A DNA stretch of 64,000 nt from Eukaryota sp. GEM-RC1 (GCA_040285855.1 JAUFOQ010000002.1:2976001-3040000), one strand, 5' to 3'. Shown: positions 36,726-50,688, counted from the first letter of the stretch. Made by a program: numbers and translations. The notes: generated by a model not told the origin, from the letters alone.

Positions 36726-38698
36726 ATGCCTTTCGCTGTTGGTATCGATTTAGGAACTACCTACTCATGTGTCGGAGTATTCATGAACAACAAGTTTGAC
36801 CTTCTATCTCTGTCTCTTATCTCAGTGTTGAAATCATTGCTAATGATCAAGGAAACAGAACAACTCCATCTGTTGTTGGTTTTACTGATACTGAACGTCT
36901 CGTTGGTGATGCTGCTAAGAACCAATCTGCTCGTAATCCCACAAACACCGTTTTTGATGCTAAACGTCTTATTGGCCGTCGCTTTAACGAACAAATTGTT
37001 CAAAATGATGCTAAACAATGGCCCTTCAAGATCGTCCAAGGTCCTAATGACAAACCTATGATCCAAGTTACCTGGAAGGAGGAAACCAAGCAGTTCCAAG
37101 CTGAGGAAATCTCCGCAATGGTTCTGACCAAGATGAAGGACATTGCTGAACAATATCTCGGTGAAGATGTTACCAAAGCCGTTATCACTGTTCCTGCTTA
37201 TTTCAATGACTCTCAAAGACAAGCTACCAAGGATGCCGGTCAAATTGCTGGTCTTGAAGTTCTTAGAATCATTAACGAACCCACCGCTGCTGCTATTGCC
37301 TATGGTCTTAACAACAAGTCCGAAGATGAACAAAACATTCTTGTCTTTGATCTTGGTGGTGGTACCTTTGATGTCTCTCTTCTTACTATTGAAGATGGTG
37401 TTTTTGAAGTTAAAGCCACCGCTGGTGATACCCATCTTGGTGGAGAAGATTTTGATGATCGCCTTGTAAAATGGTGCTGTGACGAGTTCCGCAAGAAGCA
37501 CAAAATGGACCTCTACTCTTCAGCCCGTGCCATGAGAAGATTAAGAACTGCTTGTGAACGCGCCAAGAGAACTCTCTCATCATCTGCTCAGACCACCATC
37601 GAAATCGATTCTCTTTATGAAGGTATTGACTTCTTTGTTACTATGACCCGTGCTCGTTTCGAAGAACTCTGTATGGATCTTTTCCGTGGATGTTTGGACC
37701 CTGTTGAACGTGTGTTACGTGACTCCAAGATCGACAAACATCAAGTTCATGAAGTCGTCCTTGTTGGTGGTTCTACCCGTATTCCTAAAATTCAAGAATT
37801 AATCAAGAACTTCTTTAATGGAAAGGAACCTTGCAAAACTATCAACCCTGATGAAGCCGTTGCCTATGGTGCTACCGTTCAAGCATCTATCCTTACTGGA
37901 AATACTTCTGAAAAGACCAAGGATCTCCTCCTCATTGATGTTACCCCTCTATCTCTAGGTGTTGAAACTGCCGGTGGCCAAATGACTACCTTGATTCCCA
38001 GAAACACAACCATTCCCTGTAAGAAGTCTGAAATGTTCTCCACATATTCTGATAACCAAACCTCCGTCTTGATCCAAGTTTTTGAAGGTGAACGTGCCAG
38101 AACTCGCGACAACAACCTTTTGGGTACTTTTGATCTCAAGGACATCCCCCCTGCTCCCAGAGGTGTTCCCAAGATTGAAGTTGCTTTTGAACTTAATGCC
38201 AATGGTATATTGGAAGTATCTGCTGAAGAAAAGGGTACCGGAAAGAAGAACCAAATCACTATCACCAATGACAAGGGTAGACTCACCAAGGAAGATATTG
38301 AAAGAATGGTTGCTGAAGCCGAAAAGTTCAAGGACGAAGACGAAGCTGTCAGAGCTCAAGTTGCTGCCAAGAATGAACTCGAAAACTTCACTTATTCCAT
38401 GAAGAATACCATGAATGATGAACAAATGAAGGACAAGTTTACCACTGAAGACAAGACTACAGTCGAAACTGAAGTCGGTGAAGTTCTGAAATGGCTAGAA
38501 GCTAACCCTGAAGCTACCAAGGACGAGTATGAATCCAAGAAGAAGGAATTGGAAGAAAAGGTCCAACCAATTATGATGAAGGTCTATGCTGCTGCTGGAG
38601 GTCAACCTGGTGTTCCTCCTCAAGGTGGAGTACCCCCACAACAACCATCTGCTCCTGATGCCAGTGTTCCTAGTGCAACCGTTGAAGACATTGATTAA
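36726..38698 (+). CDS. HSP70: Cytosolic HSP70 with a 32-nt intron (36794-36825)
   Basis: [12 protein letters not shown], spliced [39 protein letters not shown]-terminal VEDID. Confidence 0.97.
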
Positions 38699-39139
38699 AT
38701 GTTTTCTAATTTAGTCCCTTTTGTTTTGTTTATTAAAAAATTATTATTTGAATAAGTCTCAATACAACTTGTAGTCTATTGCTTGTTTGAAACATGAATC
38801 AAAAAAGGCTTTATTTAATACTGAAAAAAGCCACAAGTGTAACATGTCTGCAAAAATATGCACTTGTAAAAAAATACATAATTCAAATTTAAACGACTTC
38901 ATCCAGGGCTCCTCATAAATAAATATTAATTCTATTTATTTCTATTTCTATTTATTTTTGATCCTTTTTGGCGATCATGCAAATACAGTCTACCCTCCCA
39001 ATATGACCAGGTGTCGGACCAGACTTATTGGGAGGGTGGACTTATTCGGAGGGTTTGGTTTTTATAGAATGAACAGCGATCGTCGATCGTTTATAACAAA
39101 TAAAACAACAAGCTAAGACAACCGTGCGTCAATCAATCA

Positions 39140-39590
39140 GGAGACCGATGGCTCGTCAACTGGTTTTGTCCAATATGTTTCTCATGCTTTTGCTCGAAAA
39201 GCGGTTGATCAGGTCCATCAAAACAATATTTCCTGGCCAGAATCCAATCAAGTAATATCATGTCGCATTGCTGATTCCGATGATAATTTTTATGATTATT
39301 TGCCTTGTAAAAGTAACTGCAATTCTCTGTACATCAAGTTTTTGCCTTATTCAATCTCATTATCTGATTTCCGTGACTTTGTTAAACGGATTAAAGGGAC
39401 TTTTGAACGAGGTCAACCAAGATTATTTGACAGAGGTACTGCAGTAAATAGTTTTTATAAGACTGGTAGTGTATGGTTTGGTGGTAATGAAAGAAAGCTC
39501 CGCGAAGCTTACGAGAGAATTAATGTTGATGGTTTAACTTACAAAGGGACCTATGTAAGTGCTTCATATTTTTATGACTCCCAGTTATAA
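39140..39590 (+). pseudogene. 5'-truncated copy of the RRM-coding end of the kinase-KEN-RRM gene
   Basis: Near-identical reverse complement of 4276-4730, with one codon deleted (QPTR to QPR). The 3' flank is also copied. Confidence 0.92.
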
Positions 39591-39977
39591 GTATAATGTA
39601 TTGGTACAGTACATGTATGTCCATTTTGCTGTAATATAATGTTTATTTAATTTCAATGAGCGATTTCTTTGTTTTTGATGTAATAATAGATGGTTAGAAT
39701 CATACCTGGAAAATACAAGAGTTGAACAAAATACAAATACAAAAATACAGATACAGATTAAAATACAAAAATACAAAGGCAATGATGTTGTAGTATATGT
39801 GTTTTTAGTGGTTGTACATAGACAACAATGATGTTAAGTGATGGTCTACATGGACATGTATGTGGATTCGTTTGTATAAATACTTAAGTTAAACTATAGT
39901 TCCTTCTGTAAATAAAAAAACGGATTTATGTGCGGAGAAAAACACATAATAAGTTAAGTACAAATAGATAAACACTA

Positions 39978-40522
39978 TTAAAACAAATTATCAAACGAAC
40001 TACCTAATTCCGAAAAGTAGTTGCCTCCAAACAACTTGGACAAAATGGAATCAACATATCTATACATAGACCTAAAAATCGAAAAAGCAAATTTACTCTT
40101 CCAGTACGATCTGTTAAACTTCTTGCCAAGTTCTGAACACAAATTTTCAAATAAACTTAAAAACTCCTTGGTAGAAGAACCGAAATTTCCGTACAATGAA
40201 ACTGCAAAAGGCTGAAAGACGATATTATTGTGTCTTCGTGAATTCAATGCAGCAACTTGATGTCCATACTTAGACACTTTGGCGTTCTCAGCGTCTTTCA
40301 GCGGATCATTTGAGGGATTCAAAATGTTGGCAATAGCTGAAGCTTTGCAAGGATCAACGGTCGTAAAATCAACAACAATTTCTTGGCATGACAACCAAGG
40401 GCCAATAAAATCACCACGTTTCTGAGTAGAATCAGGGTGATCTGAAAGATGAGAAAGTAATGGTTCGACTTTGCCATGGAAACCATTTGCCTTAAACATT
40501 TCCAAACATGTATCTCGAAGAC
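39978..40522 (-). mobile_element. 5'-truncated RLE-type (CRE-like) non-LTR retrotransposon, endonuclease domain
   Basis: LRD...VEPLL...RGD...VVDFT...AENAKVSKY...FQPFAVSLYGNFG fits a PD-(D/E)xK-type RLE C-terminus. Confidence 0.75.
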
Positions 40523-40550
40523 TTTTTTTTTGTATCTCGAAGATTTTGTA

Positions 40551-41422
40551 TAGAGATGGGAGCCGGCTCAATTTAGCCGGCTGAGCCGGCTAGCCGAGCC
40601 AGCCGACTGGTCCAGAATAGAAAAATTTTCAGCTGCAAGCCGGCTGGCTAAATATATTTTTAGCCGGCTCAAGCCGAATACTTTAGGTTCTCAGAAAACA
40701 TAGCTAATAAAGAACGAATGATGAATTTAGAAATCGAAAATATCATTTACAGCGCTTTACAGAACAGTTTAGGGCTACTAATGTTTATCAACGTTCGAGC
40801 AACAGTAGAATTGGTGAATATAGTTGATATGTGTCAAATAATTGCCCTACTGTTTTTCTTGGGCACTGATAGTACATTCAGTGCCTTATGTACATTGTCG
40901 CAGTGTCTATTTCTGACACTTTAAATGTCTATTACATCTTTTGCTTCTAAATAAACCGCTATACTTGTGTTCCGAGACAGTAAAAAACCTAGAGTCCGTC
41001 AGAGCTCTTCCTCCAACGACTTTGTTTCTTTAGGACTAATTAAGCTCTTTCTCAAAAGTACTATCGTACTGTTGTCATATTTTAGGCAGACAGCCAATTC
41101 CATAGTGGTGTTTCGATTGTTTCACAGATTCAAGCGATAACTAACCGTCAAGTATATAAGTGATAATCACAAAAATATGTGACATGTAAAATCTGTGAAA
41201 ACTGGAATGTACTGATCAATGGTATCAGCATTGTGTCGTTTTGATACTCGGTGTAGTTGTCATTAACAATGGTTCTGAATCATTTTATTGATATATCAAC
41301 CAACATGCGGCTGAGCCGGCTTTAGCCGGCTTGAGCTGGCTAAAATGCGTTGTAAGCCGCAGCCGGCTGGCTAATGCCTGCGGCTTAGCCGTGAGCAAAT
41401 TTTGAGCCGGCTCCCATCTATA
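40551..41422. mobile_element. hAT-type MITE, family C
   Basis: TIRs tagagatgggagccggctcaa / ttgagccggctcccatctata. Perfect TSD attttgta (40543-40550, 41423-41430). agccggct subterminal repeats. Confidence 0.92.
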
Positions 41423-41901
41423 ATTTTGTATCTGTAAATAGAGACTGATCATTTGTCTCTCACTCCTAGTCAAACTCATTCTGCTTTTTCTTTCTTGTTG
41501 GTCAGGTTTTGGCACGTATTTTGTGTCCTGCTTTTGGAGAAACGCAATCAAGGAGCAATCCTTCCTCCAATTATTCCTTGACCTAGTCCAGTAGACTACT
41601 GTAGTTTGTTCATCTGCTTTTGTTTTGGTTGCTAATAAACTACGACAATTACTTCGTCTTTTATTTTGATTGACATGATGTTTTTATTTACTTCTTTAAA
41701 TCTCATGACGAAAAATTGGAGATAACTGAACTATAAGTACATCCAAAATAGGTACTTTACAGGTAAGTAAGTTCAGAAACCTAGTCCTAAAAAAAATAGA
41801 GTATTTTAATACTCAAAAATTAAAAATACAAATACAGAAATACACGAAATACAAAAATACAGATAACACAGAAAATTGTATTTTCCAGGTATGGTTAGAA
41901 T

Positions 41902-43340
41902 TGATATCTATTTATCTATATATATTTAGACACTTTTTTACGATCATGCAAATTAAACAAAATGTAAATCAATGCACATATAATCCCTTTCATACACTTG
42001 AGGTCCGGTGTACTCACACTAAGTGCAAAACTCTCTTTCAGATCATTGTCGAATGAACGCATCTCGTAAGGTCCTGTCACCATAACCGAACACTGTGTTC
42101 ATTTCAATGAAACTGTCAAAAGTTTATGAAACGAAATAGTGGATGTTGATAAAGCTGTTTTCTCATCCAATCCACATATTCCTTAGGAGTGAACGAAAGA
42201 TACTCTTAGCAATTACAACGCTCATTAATCGTCATGGGTCTCGATAAAACGACAATATTGGATCAAACAGAAGAAGAAAAAGGTTTAGACGAGCCAAAAA
42301 CATGTCCAATGAATTTGGTTGTTTCTTACTGTGACTTGCACTATGGCATTTATAAAAATATTTTGTTTTAATTTGTGTGCTATTTTGATTTAATTATATT
42401 CAGGGCCAAGGACTCATACTAGTATACTCCCAAATTTATATCACATATATTTTTGGCACTTTTTTATGTTCAATTTATTTTCAATTATCTTATGAGATGG
42501 CATGAGGTTTGATGACGTTTTGATTGATGTCATTTAAACAAACCAGTCGACACTTTAATTATTGTAACTAATTCAATGAATACTGAAAATTATATATGGT
42601 AACTTCGACGGGGGAAGTAACTTTCGAGCAACTTTGAAGTCTTCTTACTGTGGGCAATCGGTAAATCATTCTTGATTCTCAATCAATCGTGATTCAGTTA
42701 CATAAATGTGTGTTACCAGAACATTTTCAGCTGTGTAATTAAACGATGAATTTGTTGATTATTAGTCTGAGTATCTGCACATTTGGAATTAGGCCAATTT
42801 GGATTGTTTTACATCAGAAAACTGATTGACGTACAATCTCATGATCCTATCAAGTGCTCAGGATTGGGTTTTTTCATCATGCCTGAAAAATGGAGGTCAA
42901 TTGTACCTGCATGTATCTCAAGATTTTTGATATCAATAAAAGGATTACTTGTAACATTTGATGAACAATTAATTACTAATTCAGAAAATGTGAAGGGTCA
43001 AATTCGTCAAATCAAATTGGTGGTTGAGTACAACAACTAAATTTGACATATCACATTCAATTACAAATTCTTTCGTCGCGTACTGCATTACTTCGTAAAT
43101 ATTTGAAATTTTCTTGCTCATCGTTATACGCTAAAATAGGACTGTCACAGCCTTTAAAGATAATATATTAGGAGTTATAACAAATAAACCACACAGGTAC
43201 TTATACTTAGAAATGTCTTTAAAAGGCAAACATAACGTGAATGACCCACAAACATTTTGGATCAAAAAATGAAATTGTAAAAGGAACATTTTTTATGAAA
43301 TAGACTTTCAATAAGTGTCTTCAAAACATCCAGAGTAATT
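41902..43340 (+). repeat. Inverted, diverged copy of about 2565-4140
   Basis: Colinear reverse complement, e.g. gtaaggtcctgtcaccataaccg and aacttcgacggggga. ORFs 3020..3274 and 42783..43040 are counterparts. Confidence 0.92.
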
Positions 43341-43596
43341 CAGGGATCGAAAAACATATATTGCAATATATTTCTAGCATAAAAAATGTACAATAAATAT
43401 ATTGGAAAATGTGATCATTGCAATAAATATATTGGAAACTGAGATGATTGCAATAAATAATTGCAATATATTGCAATATTTTGGGTAAAATTTGGTTCGT
43501 GAAAATGTAAGAAATTGAGACGTCCTGCTGACTGAAAATCAACCACTACTAGAACGTCAGCGCTTTTAGTCGGTTACCCTTTCAGATACATGCATA

Positions 43597-44253
43597 CAGG
43601 GCTCCTCATAAATAAATATAAATTCTATTTATTTCTATTTACTTCTATTTCTATTTATTTTTGATCCTTTTTGGCGATCATGCAAATAAAACAAAGTAAA
43701 ACAAAATATAAATAAATATAAATAAAATGTCGGAAAGTAAACTTCATTGATCTATATAATACATCGGTTAATTTCGTGCTCAAGGTGGTTGATTGACTTG
43801 AATCATGATGTGTGAAATACTCAAGCACAGCCCAGAATCAAAGTCAAGACATTTTTCCTCACAGTTTGCCGTTTCAATGTCGAATCTAACCGACACAGAC
43901 GAGCCTTTACCTGTGTTCTAAGCCAATCCCACAACTATATCAGGACGTATGATCAGTGAACGATTCTCATGATCGTCCACGATGGTGAATATTGAACTAA
44001 TGCTGAAGATCCACACGTGGTGGCGACACAGTCAGAGCAATTATACGAAGCAGAAAGTCAACTAAACATCTTCGACAAGAAAGGGATGATCAAATGGATT
44101 GTGTAATCATCGATAGTGACTGAGAGAAACTGTACTAATACAATATTTTGTTTTTATTTGGGTTATATTTTGTTTTAATTATATTTATTTCACATTTATT
44201 TTTGGCACTTTTTGATGTTCAAATTATTTTAAATTATCTTATGAGAGGGCCTG
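43597..44253 (+). mobile_element. hAT-type MITE, family A (full-length)
   Basis: Ends cagggctcctcataa / ttatgagagggcctg. Its first ~80 bp are repeated at 38904. Confidence 0.85.
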
Positions 44254-44536
44254 CTTCATCCCTAAAGTTTAGGACCTAAACTATCTCAACATTAACCTTC
44301 ACACCAAAATATTAACTAATCTAGAGATATAGAAGGCATTCCTGAATGGAAAACACAACCGTTTCTTCTTGTGTGAATATTATTCCCCTTCTACTAGTAG
44401 TACACTCACCACAACAATTAGTAGAAAAGAAATAAAATTAGTATGTGTCCAAATCAACTTATTGAAAGGAAAAATTTGAGAATGAGTCCAATCTCTGCTT
44501 AAAAAGGTTTTATTAAAATGAAATACTAAATGACAA

Positions 44537-45015
44537 CTATGATTGATTAAGAGTGTATTTGCTCTGTATTTTGGTCTTGACTTCTGTAAAGGAGTCACGA
44601 TCTTCCAGTTTTGGATCATCCACAATAAGAACACATGAAGTAGGCCTTTTGTAGATGCAGCAACACCGAGTTCTTCTTTGGAGGGAACAAAGACGTAAGG
44701 AATGGATTTCTCCTCACAGAAGATTGGGAGATGGGCAATAACATCCATGGGATTGATGTTTCCAGCTATGAGACATATACTTGGGTTAAAGAGACGGAAT
44801 GAAGACAAACCCAGAAGTCTCACGGCGAATGGACTTTACAACTTCGCGAATTCCACGACGAAGAACTTTGGATTTTGCGGCTGAGATGATGACGATGGGG
44901 AAGACATGCCTTTCTTTGTAAGTTTGAGGCATTTTTTTGTGAATTTATCAGAAGCAAGAGGTTTGGAGATATCGGAAAGTCCAGTTACTGGGTCAATTTG
45001 ACGGATTTTGGCCAT
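44537..45015 (-). CDS. NHP2: H/ACA snoRNP subunit NHP2 (L7Ae family); GC-AG intron 44881-44909 and GT-AG intron 44780-44810
   Basis: Spliced [64 protein letters not shown]. One frameshift near 44647. Confidence 0.9.
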
Positions 45016-45350
45016 TGAGATGTAGAATGGTTAGAGGTTCAAGAGAGAAATTGTCATGATCCAATTTTCTTCATTACAATCTATCACATCTGTTAGAGTA
45101 GGTTTTGAAAGTATCATTTTTTAGCTATAATATACCAAGTCATGTTATGATATTAACAATGTAAGATATGTGCATTTTGTAATGCTTCTTGTAATCTAAC
45201 ACAGATAGTGATGTAAGATATTTGATCGACAAGTCACATTGAGTCATACCACAGCTGAAAGCACTGAAAGCGCCTGTACATTTAAACGGTCGAAAGTGAT
45301 TGACCGAATTTTGGTCTGGGAAAGCCATCAACTTCTTTTTCCCAGAAAGA

Positions 45351-48300
45351 ATGGAGACCCCGAAGAGCGAGGCTGCCTCGCATTCGACTGCTCATCACTA
45401 CAGATCTACATCCGTTGTGACCAAAATTGAGTATAAGGTATTCAACATACTACGTCGGATTTCCTTTGACTCAACCCGTTTCAACTTTCTTGCCTTATTA
45501 GTTGTTGTTCTAGAAGTCCTACAAATTGCGGGTGTTGTTCTGAACTCCATTTCTATTCCCCACTGGGATTCCTTCTTTGACTTTCGAGCCATTCATCATC
45601 TCACCCTACAACTCTCTTCTAATGTATATGGATTCGATCCCTGGACCGTTTATTATGCCGTTGTTGCTTTTCTCATAGCTTGCTGTCTGGTACTCCTTCT
45701 GACAGTGTTTTTTATGAGTGAAACCTTGTTGTCCTCTCTAGGAGTTGTTGTCAGTAAAGGATGCTTTGCATTCATGTGTTCCTTCCTTTATCTTCCTTTA
45801 CTATCTGTACTAACCACCTCTTTAACATGCTTCTCCCCTAACGATCCTGTTATCTTCGTATCCTTGTTTCCCCCAGAGACTTGTTGGAGCCTCCCAGGTG
45901 TACTAGTGAAACTACTATCATCGGTCCTTATCATTGGATTGTTCATTGTTTCTTTGATTCATTGTACGTGTGCTGCTGACGTGTCGCCTTCTTCAAAACG
46001 TGTCTGGGCCAGGGCAACTTCCTTCTCTCATTTGGCTTTTTTTCCTTTCCAAGAATTTTTTAATTGGAATACTTTTTTCTTCTTCCTTTTAGAACCTGGC
46101 TATTCCGTTTCTCTTATGTTGCGTTGTCTCTCTTCGTTCCACTTCTCTTCATTCGAAGCTTACCCTTCTACAAACTGCAATCAAATCAGAAGTTCATTTT
46201 GATCATATCACAATGGCCAGCAGCAGCATTTACGTTTCTTTCAAATTTAGCCATTTCTTCATTTGCTTCATTTTCAGGTTCCCAATCTGGACTGATAATA
46301 TTAATACTTTGGTTCGTTTTCTCTGTATTGTTTTCGTCCTTATTTTATTTTTTGGTCACTACTCATTTCAATCAAAAATCCTCTCCCCCTAAAGAGGTTC
46401 CTGCTGAGATTCCTTCTTCTGCTCCTCCGATTAGAAGTGTATCAATCGGAATTGATCTCGACATTGATTCCAGTCAATCATCGACTTCTGAGACCGATCA
46501 CCAATCGGACCATCATAAACAATCCAATACCCAAAATTATTTAAAATTTAAGTATTGGTTCGACGTTGAACTCTATGTTCGTTTCCTACAACCTAAACCC
46601 CTAAAGTCTATTTCTTCCCTTGTCGACTCTGCCGCCAACATTATTGACCAGGGAAATGCAAAGTTCAATGAAATGGTCGACGTTCATCTCTTTAAATGCA
46701 ATTTTGAAATTTTCGTTAAACAGAATCATTTATCCTTTATTGCTCTAAATTCTATAATTCACAATTTAGATGTAGATCTTTCCTTCCGCCATCGGTTTCT
46801 CTTGTATTTCTATCAAAAAACTACCGAGAATCTTCGAAGAATGACAAATACTGGGGAGGATTATTTCGATACCAAATCTTCCATCATATTTCAAAAGAAT
46901 CTTCGTGAAGTCAAGGAGCTGTATCAAGATTGTTTAGACGCCCTTGCTCAGTTCTGGAATCAAATGACTGTTGATAATCCTGACCTCTCGAAACTTCCAG
47001 TGATTACTGATAGATTGAGATTGACAAAGTTAAAAGCTGAGAATCTTTTCAATGTCTTATTAGCTTCTTTTCCTGATAATAAGGAGTTGTTGACTGTTTA
47101 TGCAGCCTATTGTAAGGATGTAAAAATGGATGACGAGCTGTCCCAATCAATTGTGGACTCTATTGAGCTCCAATCATCAATCGGTTCAGAAAAGAGCTCG
47201 TCGTTAAGAAGTTCTGCTCCATCAAGATCCAGTTTTGGAAGGAAGAAAAAGAGGAAACGTGGCCGTCGAGGGTTCATTCTTTCAGTTGCCAGTCAATCAG
47301 ATCACCATGATTTAGTTCAAACTCTATCACGTATGATTTTCTTTTCCTTTGGACTACTCCTTGTCGTTTCAGTATTGTCTTTTGTTTTCTTTTCCAGTAC
47401 TCTTGATGACGTGACGAATAGAGCTCTGCGATTGGTTGAAAGTTCTCATGTTTTGACCATTGCAAACAAACTTGCTCTTGAATCTAGATTATACTCACTG
47501 TATTTGAATTCTACACTGGAAAATTCTTTTAAAAATCAAATATTGGAGGATGCTGAACACGTCATGTACCATGGTAATAGAGTTTTCATTTCCTCCGATG
47601 CTTTTACTACACCTCGATCATATGTATGTCCCCGAGTAAATGATGCTGAGCTCTCCTCTGTCAATGATGACGTGATTAATTCATTTATTAAGGATCCTTC
47701 AATATTGGTGTTTTATTATAGAAATACAAATCCTCCGGTGAGTGAACCCAAAATTTTAAATTATTGGGAATTGGTCTCTTCGTTTACAGCTGCTGCTGTA
47801 GATTATTTGAACTCCCTCGAAGTCGGAGGTGTTGTTGACGTCAACAGATTCTTTAGATTTCTCTCAGACAATCGTCGATCTCTAAATATTGCTGGTAATA
47901 TACTATTTACTACAATTTTAGAAGCAGCGGAATCATTTTTCAATACCACAAGATTTGTTATTCTGTTTTCGTCAGCTTCCTCGTTGATTTGCTTGGTTTT
48001 TGTTGGAATATTTGGATTCTACCGAATTATTTCAAAAATTTCATGGCAACGACAAGCTGTATTAAATCTTTTCCTATGGGTTCCAAGTTCCACGTGTCAA
48101 TCAATCGTGGATGATCTAAAGTCAAAAAAGGCTTCTGGAGCAGTGGTGGATGAAGATTTTTCTGATCGCGAAGACCAGTCTCAAAATTCGGAAAAATCAG
48201 AAAATCAATCAAATCTAATTGATGAAGTGACCACCAAAGTAAAAACACACCTTGATGAATCGGTCAATCTGTATGTTGATTCTGAAGATGAAGAAGAAGA

Positions 48301-50688
48301 GCCGTTATCCCCCAAAAAAGTTTTTATTGGTTTTAGTTTCGTTTTCCATTTTTGTTCTGTTGTTGGTGCTCATTCTTCTTTTCTCCACAGTCTCAAAGAA
48401 TCAACAGGACTTGGTCTCTACTATTTCTGAAGGATTACGCTTGGAAGATACTGTTGTTGAGTTGTTGGCTTTGGATTTCATTCTTTGTTCAAGAACTTTT
48501 GCTCTAGTGAACTCGGGAGATTTGTTCTTTTATCAAAGTTATTGGCAATTTTTAAATTCTGGAACCCGAGAAGGATTGATTGAATCATTGTCTTATGATT
48601 TTGATGTTTCTACTGAAATTCAATTGCTTATCGGCGAAACTTCTGTTTACAGAGATCATATTCTTCATTATGACAAAGTCGCTCAAGTGCTGAATTCGCA
48701 AATTTTTAATTTCTCATCTGATCTTATTACGGAAATTTCAAATTTCGACTACGATTTAGATTCTGAAACCCGAATTCAACATGACCGAATTACTTTCCGA
48801 AATATCATCAATTGGTATTCTAATCTAGATCATGACTCTCAAATATCAGTTCAAGAAAAATTTAAAATTGTAAGAGAAACCATTAGTTCCGATCGATATC
48901 TAGAATACATTTCTAAGTCGATGTCTAATTTAGACAAAGTTCTTTTACTAGTCAGTGAAGATTCTGATCACAATATGGACATCATGTTTTCTAGAATTAG
49001 AGGATCTCAACTTTTAATCGTTGCGACTGTATTTGTTGTCTTCATTTTACTTCTTTTGTTCACCCGTATGGTTGGCTGTTTTACTTCCAAAATTCTTCGA
49101 ATGATCACGTATTCTGGTGTTGCTTTGGTGGCTGTTGCTTTATTGGTTTGTTTATTTGGCCTTTACCACCACTTTGATGACGTCAGCACGATCAGAACAA
49201 ACACGTCATTCGTTCAGAATCTCGTTGACCACTTTTCGAGAGCACGTTACATGATTACTAATTATAGATTCCATGGGGATCGGTTTTTAACTGGTGGTAA
49301 TCTTAACTCGTATAATGAATATTGGAACTATAGAAGAAATCTCGAGCAAGAACTTGAGGCTATACAACAACTAACGTTGACACGTGGCACTGTGATTGAT
49401 GACGTCATGTCACGAATTGAGTCAATATATGGCCAAATGAAGGTGGAGTATGGTGCTGTTTTCAAAGTTCAAGAGATTGCGTTCACTATCGCGTCTTCTG
49501 CCTACGACATTCCAATCAATATCACGTCAGAACTGATTGGAGTCGACTGGGATGTTCAGCAGGAACACAATTTTGAACGTATCGCTGTCAATCAAAGAAA
49601 TGTTGATATCACTAATCGATATACTAACAAAACATTTGATTTAAATAGGACAACCGATGAAAAATTAAATTTATCTAGATATTTGGTAATGTCACGTAGT
49701 TTCTTCAGTATTCTTGGTCGATCGTTTCATGTTTACCTAGCTCAGCCCAATGAGCTCCTTTTATCACGTTTCATTGAAGAATTGACAAAACTTTCAATCC
49801 CATCATATTTTAATATTGTTTTAGCAATTCTTATTGGTGGAGGTTTCATTTCTTTAGTTCTTTTAATCGTCACTGTAATTGTTTGTTTACCCCAAAAGGA
49901 GAAGGTCTCTCACGTCAAGCAATCAATCAATCTAGTGCTGATTCAAAAATTCAACACCCAAAGTATTATTTCTTTAATTCTTCTTGGCATTTCCCTTTCA
50001 GCCTTTTTTTGCCATTTGTTATTTGAACACTGTTTCTCTCTCCTATTTTCCCTCTGACCTACATCAAAGCGGTGTGCGAGGATCGTTGGTATTTAGAATT
50101 GTTGGGCTGGTTCTGGACACAGTTTATATTCCAAACACCCGACAATCGAGTTTGCGATTAATGTCTGAAAATTTAAAGAATTTGGAAAATGTTCATTCTG
50201 AGCTGTTATATTCCACTTCTTCACCAACAGCAGGACGGTATTCCCCTCAAAACGAACTACTGTTCAACAGTGGTTTCAATGTCTTAAACAACACTAACAA
50301 TCATGGTTTGAATTATCTTGTCAACAACTTTATTCTTATTTGCACTCAACTAATCAATCAAGAAGTTGATGTTGATTGGGATTTTGATGCACCAATCATT
50401 CAAGAAGCTATTGATACAGGACGGTTGTTGACTACAAGTTCATTAGATTCTCTAGATGTTTATTTTGAAGAGTTATCTGATTTAATTACAACTCAACGAT
50501 GGATTACGACTTCAGTTTTAATGTTGGTTTTTGTTACATCAATTGCAATTTATTTTGTAATTTTTCGAAATATGTTGAACACTTTAAGAGATGAAGAAGA
50601 GATCAGTAGTCAGTTGATTTCAATGATTCCACAGGCTATTATTGACTCGAACAAGTTGATTTCTGATTTTGTAGACTCAAAATTATAA
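45351..50688 (+). CDS. TmcB/TmcC-like multi-pass membrane protein (four ORFs joined by frameshifts)
   Basis: N-terminal TM bundle. Helical block AQFWNQM...AENLFNVLLASFPDNKELLTVYAAYCKDV. Repeated TM hairpins ending LFLWVP and LISMIP. Confidence 0.7.

Larger units (their letters stand above)
39701..41893. mobile_element. Non-autonomous hAT element, family B, with nested inserts
   Basis: Perfect TIR catacctggaaaatac. Perfect TSD gttagaat (39693-39700, 41894-41901). Confidence 0.92.
38904..44253 (+). mobile_element. Composite structure bounded by family-A hAT ends
   Basis: Left end cagggctcctcataa at 38904, right end ttatgagagggcctg at 44253. Direct repeat cttcatc at 38897-38903 and 44254-44260. 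Confidence 0.65.

Noticed and set aside
36761..38425. Long antisense ORFs over HSP70
   Set aside because: These are a common by-product of codon bias on the opposite strand of HSP70 genes.
38680..38698. HSP70 ending in EDID instead of EEVD
   Set aside because: A conservative variant of the cytosolic motif.
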